Below, one piece after another: positions 43,495-53,590 of a DNA stretch of 64,000 bases; the first letter of the stretch is position 1; every line of letters begins with the position of its first letter. This DNA comes from Candidatus Zhuqueibacterota bacterium (GTDB lineage: Bacteria > Zhuqueibacterota > Zhuqueibacteria > Thermofontimicrobiales > Thermofontimicrobiaceae): assembly GCA_049322915.1 (NCBI GenBank), contig JBMOPW010000034.1, forward strand, positions 488,567 to 552,566, given 5' to 3'. The position numbers and the translations under genes are program-made. The notes under the pieces were generated by a model that was not told where the DNA came from, made no database searches, and saw only the letters and a program-made list of their open reading frames with translations.

Positions 43495-44730
43495 ATGACA
43501 TTTCGAACAACTGAACCATTGCAGCCACGACCTTATGTATTGACAAATAAAATCCAGCCGTATGAATGGGGCAGCCGGGGATCGCTGGCATTTATTCCGA
43601 ACCTCCTCGGGATCGCGCCCGTACCGGACAAGGCGTATGCGGAAATGTGGATGGGCGCTCATCCCGGCGCGCCATCGACCATTCGGCTGGATGATGCGGA
43701 TGTGCCGCTGACCGATGTGATCGGACAATTTCCTGAACAGTGCCTGGGGCCACGGGTTCAGCAACGGTTCGCCGGAAAATTGCCCTTTCTTCTCAAAATT
43801 CTCTCCGCCGAAAAAGCCCTTTCCATTCAAGCCCATCCCAATAAAAAACAGGCGGAGCAATTGCACCGATACCATCCTGAGCATTACCCGGACGATAACC
43901 ACAAGCCGGAAATTGCCATTCCACTCGATTCATTGACCGCCCTCGTGGGCTTTAAATCCATCGCCGATCTGGCCGCCACGTTTGAAACATACCCTGAAAT
44001 AGCGACCTTCATCGGCGATGATTTGCCGGCGCAATTCCAGCCCGGACGGACGGATTCGGCGCTATTGAAAGCCATGTTCGCCCGGTACATTCGCAACGCC
44101 ACGGCCGATCCGCGGCAATTAGCTCAAACCACCGATGCGCTGGAAAAGCGCCTATCCATTTCATCCGCCAGTCTGTCGGACGAAGCGCGATTGTTTTTAG
44201 AACAAAAACGGCTCTACGACAGCGCCGATGTGGGCCTGATTTCCATCTTTCTGCTCAACCTGGTTCACCTGCGACAGGGCCAGGCAATTTTTCTGGACGC
44301 CGGAATTCCTCACGCCTATATTCGGGGGAACATCGTCGAATGCATGGCCAATTCGGACAACGTGGTGCGCGCCGGCCTCACGCCGAAGTACAAAGACGTG
44401 GCGACGCTGGTGGATATTCTGACCTATCAGTCAGGGCCGGTCCCGATACTTCAGCCCGACGAACAGGGCGACGAGACCGTCTACCGCGTGCCCATTTCCG
44501 AATTCGAAATTCGTCGCTGGCGATTGGCTGCCGGCGGCCGTAAAGTCCAGACGAACAATCGATCGCCGCAGATTGTGTTGATCACCGACGGCCGGATCGA
44601 ACTGAGTTGGAAGGATTCGGTTGAAATCCACAGCCGCGGCGAGTCGCTTTTCATTCCGGCAGCGTTACATCAATTCAGCATTACTGCCAGCGAAGAGGCG
44701 ACTGTTTTCAACGTGGCGGCGCCGGTTTGA
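43495..44730 (+). CDS. manA: Mannose-6-phosphate isomerase, class I
   Basis: YEWGS, AEMWMGAHP, LSIQAHP, DDNHKPE, ECMANSDNVVRAGLTPK. Confidence 0.95.
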   Translation: MTFRTTEPLQPRPYVLTNKIQPYEWGSRGSLAFIPNLLGIAPVPDKAYAEMWMGAHPGAPSTIRLDDADVPLTDVIGQFPEQCLGPRVQQRFAGKLPFLLKILSAEKALSIQAHPNKKQAEQLHRYHPEHYPDDNHKPEIAIPLDSLTALVGFKSIADLAATFETYPEIATFIGDDLPAQFQPGRTDSALLKAMFARYIRNATADPRQLAQTTDALEKRLSISSASLSDEARLFLEQKRLYDSADVGLISIFLLNLVHLRQGQAIFLDAGIPHAYIRGNIVECMANSDNVVRAGLTPKYKDVATLVDILTYQSGPVPILQPDEQGDETVYRVPISEFEIRRWRLAAGGRKVQTNNRSPQIVLITDGRIELSWKDSVEIHSRGESLFIPAALHQFSITASEEATVFNVAAPV

Positions 44731-44891
44731 ACAGCGCCCTGTCCAAGCACCCTGAAGATAGAGCACGATGACTTTCTGTCTCTGCATTCCATCGAGGGAA
44801 TGCGCTCCAGATGATTTTTTTCAGAGGTAAGACTCACTCGGGACTTCGTTGAATTAAAACATAGCGAAGTAAACTTCAAAGTAAAACATAG

Positions 44892-44955
44892 AACGCGGAT
44901 GACACTGATAATCCGCCAAAAAGATGGCGGACATTCCGCACGGATTTACACGGAT
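44892..44955. repeat. Nonamer/hairpin repeat arm
   Basis: AACGCGGAT GACACTGAT, TCCGCC...GGCGGA hairpin, CACGGAT TTACACGGAT; direct-orientation homolog at 46393. Confidence 0.6.
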
Positions 44956-45057
44956 AAGATTTTATTTTCAATTTCAAAAACCGAAAAGTTTACAATGATT
45001 TTATCAAATTTACCTATGAATAAAATGAAAAATTAATGGCAGGAAGGATGTGAGAAC

Positions 45058-46362
45058 ATGCGAACCGAACATGAATTAAATCGACGAAGTTTCGTGTCGA
45101 GATTATTGGGTGGAATTGCCGGCAGCGCGCTGGGATTTGCTGCGCTGGAAGAACGTCTCGCAACGGCAGCCTCTGCGGCGCCGCTGCCCAAGCTCAATGG
45201 AAGTCTCGATGAAAATTTTTGGAAGATGGTGAAAAATCAATTTTTATTGCAGAGCGATAGAATTTACATGAATACCAGCGGCCTGGGTCCCTGCCCGCGC
45301 GGGGTCATCGATACGCTGATAAAATCCACGCTCGACCTGGAAGAGGAGGGCGAACACGGCCATCATCTGGTGTATGACGTGAACAGGAAAGCGGCTGCAT
45401 TTTTGGGCTGCCTGCCCGAAGAGATCGCCATCACGCGGAACACCACGGAAGGGATGAACATCATCGCGCGCGGCCTGCCCCTGAAAAAGGGCGACGAAGT
45501 GCTGATGACCACCCACGAGCATCCCGGCGGCGCAGTCCCCTGGCTGGGACTGGCCAACGACATCGGGCTTAAAATCAAACTGTTCGAACCGGGCAATTCG
45601 CACCAGGAAATGATCGATCTGGTGAAGCAGAACATCACAAAGAAGACGCGGGTGCTGTCGGTCTGCCACATCCCCTGCACCGTGGGTTTCATTTACCCGG
45701 TGAAAGCGCTGGCCGAAATTTGCCGCGATAACAATATCTTCTTCGTGCTGGACGGCGCCCATCCGCCCGGCATGATTCCGTTCAGCCTTCATGATACCGG
45801 CGCGGATTTTTACGCCATGAGCGGCCACAAGTGGCTGTTGGGTCCCAAAGGCACCGGGCTTCTCTATATTCGCAAAGAGATGTTCGAGGTCTGGAAGCCG
45901 GCTCAGGTGGGCGCTTATTCCGAGAAAAAATACGAATTTGAAAATTTGATCTTTCAACACAAGCACGAAGCCAATGCCACCGAATACGGCACGCGGAACG
46001 CATCCCTGTCGCTGGCGCTGGGCGCGGCCATCGATTTTATCGATACCATCGGCATCGAGCACGTCGCTGCGCGTGGCAAGGCCATGGCCGATTACTTCCT
46101 GGCGGAGCTGCTCAAAATGCCGGAACTGGTGACTGTGCTGACCCCGCTGGACGAGAACGTGCGCGCATCGGTGATCACGTTCAAACCGAAAAACATGCTC
46201 TACACAGACCTGCAAAATAAAATCAGCGAGCAAGCCAACATCCGGCTGCGGGGCATCAACGAACACAATCTCAACGCGATCCGATGCAGTTTTCACGTGT
46301 TCAACAATTTCGAAGAAGTGGATAAATTAGTGTTCACCATTAAAAAAATTCTGAGCGCCTGA
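45058..46362 (+). CDS. Class V PLP-dependent aminotransferase-family protein with Tat signal
   Basis: NRRSFV twin-arginine motif, TRNTTEG, DGAH, SGHKWLLGPKGTG. Confidence 0.9.
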   Translation: MRTEHELNRRSFVSRLLGGIAGSALGFAALEERLATAASAAPLPKLNGSLDENFWKMVKNQFLLQSDRIYMNTSGLGPCPRGVIDTLIKSTLDLEEEGEHGHHLVYDVNRKAAAFLGCLPEEIAITRNTTEGMNIIARGLPLKKGDEVLMTTHEHPGGAVPWLGLANDIGLKIKLFEPGNSHQEMIDLVKQNITKKTRVLSVCHIPCTVGFIYPVKALAEICRDNNIFFVLDGAHPPGMIPFSLHDTGADFYAMSGHKWLLGPKGTGLLYIRKEMFEVWKPAQVGAYSEKKYEFENLIFQHKHEANATEYGTRNASLSLALGAAIDFIDTIGIEHVAARGKAMADYFLAELLKMPELVTVLTPLDENVRASVITFKPKNMLYTDLQNKISEQANIRLRGINEHNLNAIRCSFHVFNNFEEVDKLVFTIKKILSA

Positions 46363-46392
46363 CCTGGACAGGCCGAACCAAAAAAGAAACAG

Positions 46393-46526
46393 AACGCGGA
46401 TGCCACGGATGATCCTCCTAAAAATTAGGCGGACGCTCCGCGCTGATCCACGCGGATTTTTTATCTGAGCAAACAGTGTCATCTGTACGGCGTGTCCGCC
46501 TTTCGTTTGGCGGATCATCCGTGTTC
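46393..46526. repeat. Inverted nonamer/hairpin repeat pair
   Basis: AACGCGGAT GCCACGGAT...CACGCGGAT left arm; TCCGCC...GGCGGATC ATCCGTGTTC right arm. Confidence 0.6.
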
Positions 46527-46659
46527 GAGTCAGAAATGGCATTGAAATACTTTTTCAAAAATGGTCAGTGAATTTCTTACAACTCCGAAATAGATGGATC
46601 ACATTTCCGAGTATGGCGCTTCAGTTAAAATTCATTTCATAACTTAAGAGGAGATTTCA

Positions 46660-47673
46660 ATGGATACACGAGAAAACTCCGTTTCATCCGAAGATGAAAT
46701 ATTGGACGAGTTTCAGAAAATTCGAAAGCAAATGAAATCAAACCCGAAATTAAGTACTGATGAGCAGATTGCCGCGGCTCAGAAAGAAAGTCAGGCCATC
46801 CTTGAGGTTTCAACCAGCTACACGGCAGAACATATTGTGAAAAGTCTGGCGAATCTTCAATTAGATTTCAACAGGACGATCGACGACATCTCGCGCAAGA
46901 TGCTGGATGAATCGGATAAGCTGGAAACGTGTCGAAAAGCGATTGCCATCCAGCAGAACAATCTCAGGGATTTGAACAATATTAAATCCGCACTTGGCGC
47001 GTTGAATTTGCTCAAGCAGAACCACCGATTGGAATTGGAAACGCTGGAAGCGGAATGGAAACAGCAGATGTCTCAGTTGCAGGTTGAAATCGCTGCAACT
47101 CGGCTCAAGTGGAAGAATGAGCAAAAAGAATTTGAGACCGCTGTGAAGGAACAGAAGCAGCTCCAGGCCAAGGATCGGAAGAAGAAAGAAGCCGACTATC
47201 AGTACGAGATTGATCGGAAACGGAAGCTTGAACTGGATGCGCTGCTGATGAAAAAGCAGGCGTTGGAAAAATCGCTTCTGGAAAAAGAACAGGAATACGC
47301 AGAGGACTGGCTGAAGCGCGAAGCGCGATTGGACCAACAACGCGCCGCAGTGGAGGAACTGAAAAGCAAAGTCGCGGCGTTCCCCAATGAAATTGAACAA
47401 GCCGTGAATTCCGCCCGAGCGAATCTCATTGAGGAGCTTCAGGTAGATGCCAGGATAAAGGCGGAATTATTCGAAAAGGACGTGGAGGCAAAAAACAAAT
47501 TATTCCTCGTCCAGATTCAATCACTCGAAGAAAATATTCAACATCAACGGAAACAAATCGAAGACCTATCCCGCCAATTGCAAGCCGTTCTGAAAGAAAA
47601 TCAAAGCATGGCAAATACGACGGTTGAAGGTTCTAAAAAAATGAGTCAGTCGCGTGGGGTAGACAATGAGTGA
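46660..47673 (+). CDS. Coiled-coil protein (paralog 1)
   Basis: E/K/Q-rich heptad pattern over nearly the whole length; GAGGAG RBS. Confidence 0.8.
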   Translation: MDTRENSVSSEDEILDEFQKIRKQMKSNPKLSTDEQIAAAQKESQAILEVSTSYTAEHIVKSLANLQLDFNRTIDDISRKMLDESDKLETCRKAIAIQQNNLRDLNNIKSALGALNLLKQNHRLELETLEAEWKQQMSQLQVEIAATRLKWKNEQKEFETAVKEQKQLQAKDRKKKEADYQYEIDRKRKLELDALLMKKQALEKSLLEKEQEYAEDWLKREARLDQQRAAVEELKSKVAAFPNEIEQAVNSARANLIEELQVDARIKAELFEKDVEAKNKLFLVQIQSLEENIQHQRKQIEDLSRQLQAVLKENQSMANTTVEGSKKMSQSRGVDNE

Positions 47674-47719
47674 TATATTTTCAGTCAACTTCCATAAAAT
47701 TTTATAAGAGGGCAATGTT

Positions 47720-48835
47720 ATGGAAAAAAAAGTTGGTACCCGAAGTACAAAGACAGAATTGCTTCAAGAGTACGACGAGCTTTTCGACGAACATACCCGG
47801 CTCACCCGGGAATTGGAGCAGTTGATGAAAGAGAAATCTGAATGGAAAAAAAAGGAATTGCCGCCGACCATGCCAAAAACAACAATCGCCAGGAAAGCTG
47901 AAAATACGATGGAATCGCCAAAAGAAAAAGCGCCGATCGTTTCCACTGCGCTGGAAAATATCGTCCAAAATTTGAAAGCCCAGCGGATTCAAGTCGGGAC
48001 GGCCATTAACGACCTCTCCGCTCAATTGGTTTCCGAAGCATCCCAACTATCCGAAATCACGACTGAGTATCATCAGGCAAAACAGACTCTGGAATCAGCG
48101 CACACCATCCAGATAGAACTATCCACACTGGAAAAGCTGATGAAGGAGTACGATGAAAAATCAGAGTTATTTCAGCAGGAACTCCAGCAAAAGAATCAGG
48201 AATTTGGAGAGAAGCTACTCAGCCTGAAACGATCGTGGCAGAAGGAGCAGGAGGAATATGCCAGAACCATTCAGGAACGGGACGACAGCGAAAAATCAAA
48301 TACCCAACGCGAGGCCGAAGAATATAGATATGAACTGGCACAAAAGCAAGAAGCGGAAAATCAGACTCATTTTCAGAAAGTGAAAGATCTGCAGAAAGAA
48401 CTCGCTAAAATTGAATCGACTAAAAAAATAGAGTGGGAGACTCACGAGCAGCGTATTTCAGAACAAGAGCACGAACTGGATGCATTAAAATTTCAGGTGG
48501 ATAATTTCGACACGCACCTTGAAAACCAGATCAAGGCGATGGAGGAAAAAACTCGCGCTGCCCTGAAAAAAGAACTTCAACTGAAAGCAGAATTGAGAGC
48601 CAAAGAGGTCAATGGCGATTTTCAAATTCATACGACAAAGATTCAGTCGTTGGAAGAGATCATCAAAAAACAGGATTTGCTCATCGAAAACCTCAATGCC
48701 CAACTGAACGCTTCGTTGAAGCAATCTCAGGAACTCGCGTTGAAGGCCATTGAAGGCGCTTCCAATGCGCGTTCTTATCTTTCGATCAAAGAGATCGCTA
48801 TGGAACAAGCGAAGAACGTTCCGAAACGACAGTAG
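47720..48835 (+). CDS. Coiled-coil protein (paralog 2)
   Basis: E/K/Q-rich; C-terminus aligns by eye with paralog 1. Confidence 0.8.
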   Translation: MEKKVGTRSTKTELLQEYDELFDEHTRLTRELEQLMKEKSEWKKKELPPTMPKTTIARKAENTMESPKEKAPIVSTALENIVQNLKAQRIQVGTAINDLSAQLVSEASQLSEITTEYHQAKQTLESAHTIQIELSTLEKLMKEYDEKSELFQQELQQKNQEFGEKLLSLKRSWQKEQEEYARTIQERDDSEKSNTQREAEEYRYELAQKQEAENQTHFQKVKDLQKELAKIESTKKIEWETHEQRISEQEHELDALKFQVDNFDTHLENQIKAMEEKTRAALKKELQLKAELRAKEVNGDFQIHTTKIQSLEEIIKKQDLLIENLNAQLNASLKQSQELALKAIEGASNARSYLSIKEIAMEQAKNVPKRQ

Positions 48836-48998
48836 GCAGACGGCTCTTTTTTCAACGCGCTTTTGGGCAGTAGAGCTTCAGTCTGCCGGCGGATGCAGCA
48901 TGGTTCGATTTCGATAAAATTTAAATATTTTTCTGACGGAATGGTTTTCAGATTGTATCCCCTGCGAAGGCTCACAGCCTTCACACGGATTAATAAGT

Positions 48999-49203
48999 TT
49001 CGTAACGGCTCAGGTGTCAAATATTTTGAAATGTAACGGAAGCCGCTGAAGCGGCTAAATTCTTTACGCGCATCGGATCTCACCATGCTGAAGCATGGCG
49101 CTGGTTCAACATTGTACCAACACCACGATTTATCGAGGTGCAACCCGCCAGCGAACCAGCCGCTTCAGCGTCTTCTGGAGCGCATGAGTTGAGTCGTTAC
49201 GAA
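48999..49203. mobile_element. MITE/REP-cluster element family B, copy 1
   Basis: TIR TTCGTAACGGCTCA / TGAGTCGTTACGAA; hairpins AGCCGCTGAAGCGGCT, CCATGCTGAAGCATGG, CACCACGATTTATCGAGGTG. Confidence 0.75.
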
Positions 49204-49272
49204 GTTTCAATCCGAGAGCCACTTCGGCTTGATAAAAATAACAACCCATTCACAAAAAATGAGGGTAAATCT

Positions 49273-50319
49273 ATGGCAGGAATTGTTGGTTATGGTGCGT
49301 ACATCCCCAGATTTCGGATTAAGGTCGAAGAGATAGCCAAAACATGGGGAGCCGATGCGCCGAGTTACAAGAAAGGCCTGCTGCTGCAGGAGAAATCCGT
49401 TCCTGGTCCGGATCAGGATACCATTACCATGTCCGTGGAAGCCACCCGGAATGCGCTGGATCGCGCCGGCATTGACGCCCGGAAAATTGGCGCGGTGTAC
49501 ATCGGATCGGAATCCCATCCCTACGCCGTGAAACCGAGCGGGACCGTTGTCGCTGAAGCGATCAATGCGGTGCCGGACTGTCATACGTCCGATCTCGAAT
49601 TTGCCTGCAAAGCCGGAACCGAGAGCATGTTCATCTGCCTGGGACTGGTGGATGCCGGATTGATCGAATACGGTCTGGGCATCGGCGCCGATACCTCGCA
49701 GGGCGCTCCCGGCGATGCGCTGGAGTATTCCGCGGCCGCCGGCGCAGCAGCATTCATCATGGGCAAAAAGGATATCATCGCCGAAGCGGAACTCACCTAT
49801 TCGTACATGACCGACACGCCCGATTTCTGGCGTCGCGAGCATCAGTTCTATCCCAGCCATGGCGGCCGATTCACCGGCGAGCCGGCCTATTTCAAACATG
49901 TGGTGGGCGCGGCGACTGGCATCATGGAACGCGCTGGCAAAAAACCCTCAGATTTCCGATATGTTGTTTTTCATCAGCCCAACGGAAAATTCCCGCTCCG
50001 GGCCGGCAAAATGTTAGGATTTGAAAAGGAACAGATCGAGACCGGCCTGCTCTGCCCGTCGTTAGGCAACACCTATTCCGGCGCGTCGCCGTTAGGGTTG
50101 ACCGCCATTCTGGATGAAGCCGCACCGGGCGATCTCATCCTCATGGTTTCCTACGGCTCCGGCGCCGGCAGCGATGCGTTCATCTGGCGAACAACTCCGC
50201 AAATTACCCAAGTGCAGGGCAAAGCTGTGAAGACGTGGGACATGTTGAAAAATAACAGACACTATCTCGACTATGGCACCTACGCCAAGTATCGGGGTAA
50301 AATTTTGAAAAAAGAATAA
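49273..50319 (+). CDS. Archaeal-type HMG-CoA synthase (AcaA-like)
   Basis: GIVGYGAYIPRFRI, GSESHPYAVKP (Glu), EFACKAGT (Cys), FHQPNGKFP (His), GNTYSG. Confidence 0.92.
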   Translation: MAGIVGYGAYIPRFRIKVEEIAKTWGADAPSYKKGLLLQEKSVPGPDQDTITMSVEATRNALDRAGIDARKIGAVYIGSESHPYAVKPSGTVVAEAINAVPDCHTSDLEFACKAGTESMFICLGLVDAGLIEYGLGIGADTSQGAPGDALEYSAAAGAAAFIMGKKDIIAEAELTYSYMTDTPDFWRREHQFYPSHGGRFTGEPAYFKHVVGAATGIMERAGKKPSDFRYVVFHQPNGKFPLRAGKMLGFEKEQIETGLLCPSLGNTYSGASPLGLTAILDEAAPGDLILMVSYGSGAGSDAFIWRTTPQITQVQGKAVKTWDMLKNNRHYLDYGTYAKYRGKILKKE

Positions 50320-50334
50320 TCTCAGGAGGTTTCT

Positions 50335-51495
50335 GTGAATAAAGAAGTTGCCATAATCGGTGTCGGTATGAATAAATGGGGCGAGCTTTGGGAGAAGTCC
50401 ATCAACGACATTTTCACCGAAGCAGCCCTGGAAGCCATGGATGACGCCGGCCTGGACCACATCGACGCCATGTACGTCGGCGCCATGTCCAGCGGACTGT
50501 TCGCCGGCCAGGAACACCTGGCGTCTCTGTGCTCCGACTATTTGGGAATGGGCCCCATCCCGGTCACCCGCGTGGAATCAGCGTGCGCCTCTGGCGGATT
50601 GGCCGTAAAAAGCGCTGTGCTGGACGTTTTATCCGGTGAACATGACATTGTGCTGGCCGCCGGCGTGGAAAAGATGACCGATGTCAGCGGCGACCAGGCC
50701 ACATTTGCGCTGGCCACAGCCGCTGATCAGGAATACGAAGTGTACCAGGGCGTCACCTTTCCGGGATTGTACGCCATGATGGCCCGCGCGCACATGTACA
50801 AATACGGCACGACGCGCGAACAGATTGCCGCTGTGGCCGTGAAAAATCACCTGAACGGCTCGCTCAATCCCCTGGCGCAATTCCCGCAGAAAGTCACCAA
50901 AGAAGAAGTGATGACATCCGTGATGATCGCCGAACCGCTCCGCATTCTCGACTGCTCGCCCATCACTGACGGCGCTGCGGCAGTCATCGTATGCTCCCTG
51001 GAAACGGCGAAACGTATCTGTAAAAAACCGATCGTCAAAGTCATTGGATTCGGCCATGCCACTGATACCATCGCCCTCCATTCCCGCGCGGATTTGACCA
51101 CGCTCAATGCGGTGAAATTGGCCGGAGAAAAGGCCTTCAAAATGGCCGGAAAGACGCACGACCAGATCGACCTGCTTGAAGTTCATGACTGCTTCACCAT
51201 CGCTGAAATTATTGTCACTGAGGCATTGGGATTTTTCAAATCGGGTCAGGGCGGACCGGCAGCGGAATCCGGCGCCACGGCGCGCGACGGGAAAATTCCT
51301 GTGAATGTCAGCGGCGGCTTGAAGTCCAAAGGCCACCCGGTCGGAGCCACGGGCGTGGCTCAAATTGTTGAACTCACCAAACAGCTTCGCGGCGAAGCCG
51401 GAAAACGTCAACTCAAAAAAGCCCGCGTGGGCATGGCCCAGAACATGGGCGGCAGCGGAGGCAGTTCCGTCGTACATATTTTGGAGGTAGCCTGA
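50335..51495 (+). CDS. Archaeal-type acetoacetyl-CoA thiolase (AcaB-like)
   Basis: [30 protein letters not shown]. Confidence 0.92.
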   Translation: MNKEVAIIGVGMNKWGELWEKSINDIFTEAALEAMDDAGLDHIDAMYVGAMSSGLFAGQEHLASLCSDYLGMGPIPVTRVESACASGGLAVKSAVLDVLSGEHDIVLAAGVEKMTDVSGDQATFALATAADQEYEVYQGVTFPGLYAMMARAHMYKYGTTREQIAAVAVKNHLNGSLNPLAQFPQKVTKEEVMTSVMIAEPLRILDCSPITDGAAAVIVCSLETAKRICKKPIVKVIGFGHATDTIALHSRADLTTLNAVKLAGEKAFKMAGKTHDQIDLLEVHDCFTIAEIIVTEALGFFKSGQGGPAAESGATARDGKIPVNVSGGLKSKGHPVGATGVAQIVELTKQLRGEAGKRQLKKARVGMAQNMGGSGGSSVVHILEVA

Positions 51496-51884
51496 TGTCA
51501 GTCCCCAGTTATCAAAGAGCAATGCCGCAGCGTTATCGCTATGAAGCGGCCAAATGTACCTCATGCGGTAAAATCTTTTTCCCACCGCGATTGATTTGTG
51601 ACCAGTGCAAATCCCGAAGTTTTGAGACCATATTTTTGAAACGCGAAGGCGTTCTGAAAACGTTCACTGTCATCCACGTCGCTCCCAGTTCCTTCGTCGA
51701 CCAGGCACCCTATGCCATTGGCGTCGTTGAATTGAAGGACGGCGTGAGAATTCTCAGTCAGATCGTGGATTGCGAATTTGATAATTTGAAGATCGATATG
51801 CCGCTGCGCCTGGAATTCAGGAAGGTCTCCGAAGACGGAAAAGGCGGCATCATCCATTACGGTTACAAATGCGTGCCGGCCTGA
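51495..51884 (+). CDS. DUF35 Zn-ribbon/OB-fold protein (AcaC-like)
   Basis: CTSCG..FFPPR..CDQC, PYAIGVVEL, YGYKC; start overlaps the thiolase stop. Confidence 0.9.
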   Translation: MSVPSYQRAMPQRYRYEAAKCTSCGKIFFPPRLICDQCKSRSFETIFLKREGVLKTFTVIHVAPSSFVDQAPYAIGVVELKDGVRILSQIVDCEFDNLKIDMPLRLEFRKVSEDGKGGIIHYGYKCVPA

Positions 51885-52286
51885 TGCCTGGCTGATGGTT
51901 CAGGCCTTCATTGTCACATTGTATTTCATTCTGTGCCACCCGAAGTTATTTCAAAAGGATGCGGCGCCGGGTTATCCCATAGCAGGTTCGAATGCGGCGC
52001 ATCGCCCATCTGTTCGACCGATGGACGCTTCATGGCCGCGCCCGCTGATGAATTGAGTTCAGCATCAATACTCCGGCGCTGTATTCGCGTCACTTTCAAT
52101 TGAAAACGCGCTTCGGATTCGTGCAGAGCACTCTCAGGTAACGCGATGCATGCTGTCGCCATGGGACTGCCTGTCTATTGCGCGTCCTTGTTAATCAGGC
52201 CCATGGCCCACGCCGGCTCAAAAGGGCTTCAATCAATCCGATTGAGAAATCGATTATGATTCAATTAACTGTTCAATACGACCAGG

Positions 52287-53561
52287 ATGACCAAAGAAAA
52301 AATACTCCAGTGCCGGAATGAATTGGAGTCGCATCTGACAAAAGAGCTACTCCCCTTCTGGCTCAATCGCTGCAAAGACAATTCCTACGGTGGATTCATC
52401 ACGCACTTCGACGCGCGCGGCAATGACACAGGGGAAGATCAAAAATCGCTGATCGCGCAAACGCGCACGGTGTTCAGCATGTCCCTGGCGCATCGCGCCG
52501 GCTATGGCAACGGCATCTGCGCCGACTATGCGTCCCACGGCGTGGATTTTCTCATCGATAAAATGTGGGATGAAAAACACGAAGGATTTTTCTGGACCGT
52601 GGATCGAAAAGGCGCGGTGCAAATCGATAAGAAAATTGCCTATGGCCTGAGCTTCGCCATTTATTCGCTGAGCGAATACACGCTGGCCACCGGCGATCCC
52701 CGCGGCATCGTTTATGCAATAAGGACCTTCGACCTGCTGCAGAAGTACGCCGCAGACACCATGTATGGCGGGTATTTTGAAATGTTCAAGCGCAACTGGG
52801 ACATCTGTTCCCCGGGCAGCGCCGGCGGCGACAGGAAAACGCTGGACGTCCACATGCATTTGATGGAGGCGTTCACGACGCTGTACGAATGCAGTCAGGA
52901 GCAAGTGCACCGCAGGAAGTTGAAGGAAATTATGGCGCTGCTGACGAACCGCGTCCTGCATCCGGAATACGGCACCGGAATCCCTCAGTTCTGGGAAGAC
53001 TGGCGCGTTGCACCTCAGATCAAATTCGATATCGTCTGGGGTTGGGATCGCTTCGCCGAAGGTGGACAAAAGCCTAATGCTAATGACAATACATCGTATG
53101 GCCATAATGTGGAATTTGCCTGGCTGCTCCTGCATGCGCTGGATATTCTGAATGAAAAGAAAGCGCCCTATCAGGAGATCATTCTCAAACAGTTGAACCA
53201 TGCCCTGGCCAACGGCATTGACGTCGACTATGGCGGCGTTTACGTGGAAGGTCCCCACAGCGGCGGTGTTTACGATCAGGAGAAAGAATTCTGGCAACAG
53301 GCGGAAACAATGATCGGGATGCTGGAGGCGTGCATTCGGTTCGATCTGAAAACGTACTGGCCGGCCTATGAAAATGTCCACCGTTTTGTGTACGATAAAA
53401 TGATCGACCACGCCGTGGGCGAATGGCGACCGCTGTTGACGCGGGAAGGCGCGCCCATCTGGACGCACATGAGCCATTCGTGGAAAGTGAACTACCACTC
53501 GATTCGCGCCACGATTGAGAGCATCAAGCGGCTGGATAGACTATTGAAAATCATCGCATAA
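52287..53561 (+). CDS. AGE-family epimerase (cellobiose 2-epimerase-like)
   Basis: LLPFW, QTR, HMHLMEA, SYGHNVE, FWQQAE, WKVNYH. Confidence 0.88.
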   Translation: MTKEKILQCRNELESHLTKELLPFWLNRCKDNSYGGFITHFDARGNDTGEDQKSLIAQTRTVFSMSLAHRAGYGNGICADYASHGVDFLIDKMWDEKHEGFFWTVDRKGAVQIDKKIAYGLSFAIYSLSEYTLATGDPRGIVYAIRTFDLLQKYAADTMYGGYFEMFKRNWDICSPGSAGGDRKTLDVHMHLMEAFTTLYECSQEQVHRRKLKEIMALLTNRVLHPEYGTGIPQFWEDWRVAPQIKFDIVWGWDRFAEGGQKPNANDNTSYGHNVEFAWLLLHALDILNEKKAPYQEIILKQLNHALANGIDVDYGGVYVEGPHSGGVYDQEKEFWQQAETMIGMLEACIRFDLKTYWPAYENVHRFVYDKMIDHAVGEWRPLLTREGAPIWTHMSHSWKVNYHSIRATIESIKRLDRLLKIIA

Positions 53562-53590
53562 CATGCATCACGGAGAATCGGAACTGGTCC

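Noticed and set aside
49273..51884. phlABC (DAPG acyltransferase) call for the triad
   Set aside because: No type III PKS (phlD) nearby, and the synthase keeps the full HMG-CoA synthase catalytic Glu/Cys/His.
51960..52000. AGGTTCGAAT T-loop-like sequence suggesting a tRNA
   Set aside because: No cloverleaf, acceptor stem or anticodon arm can be formed.
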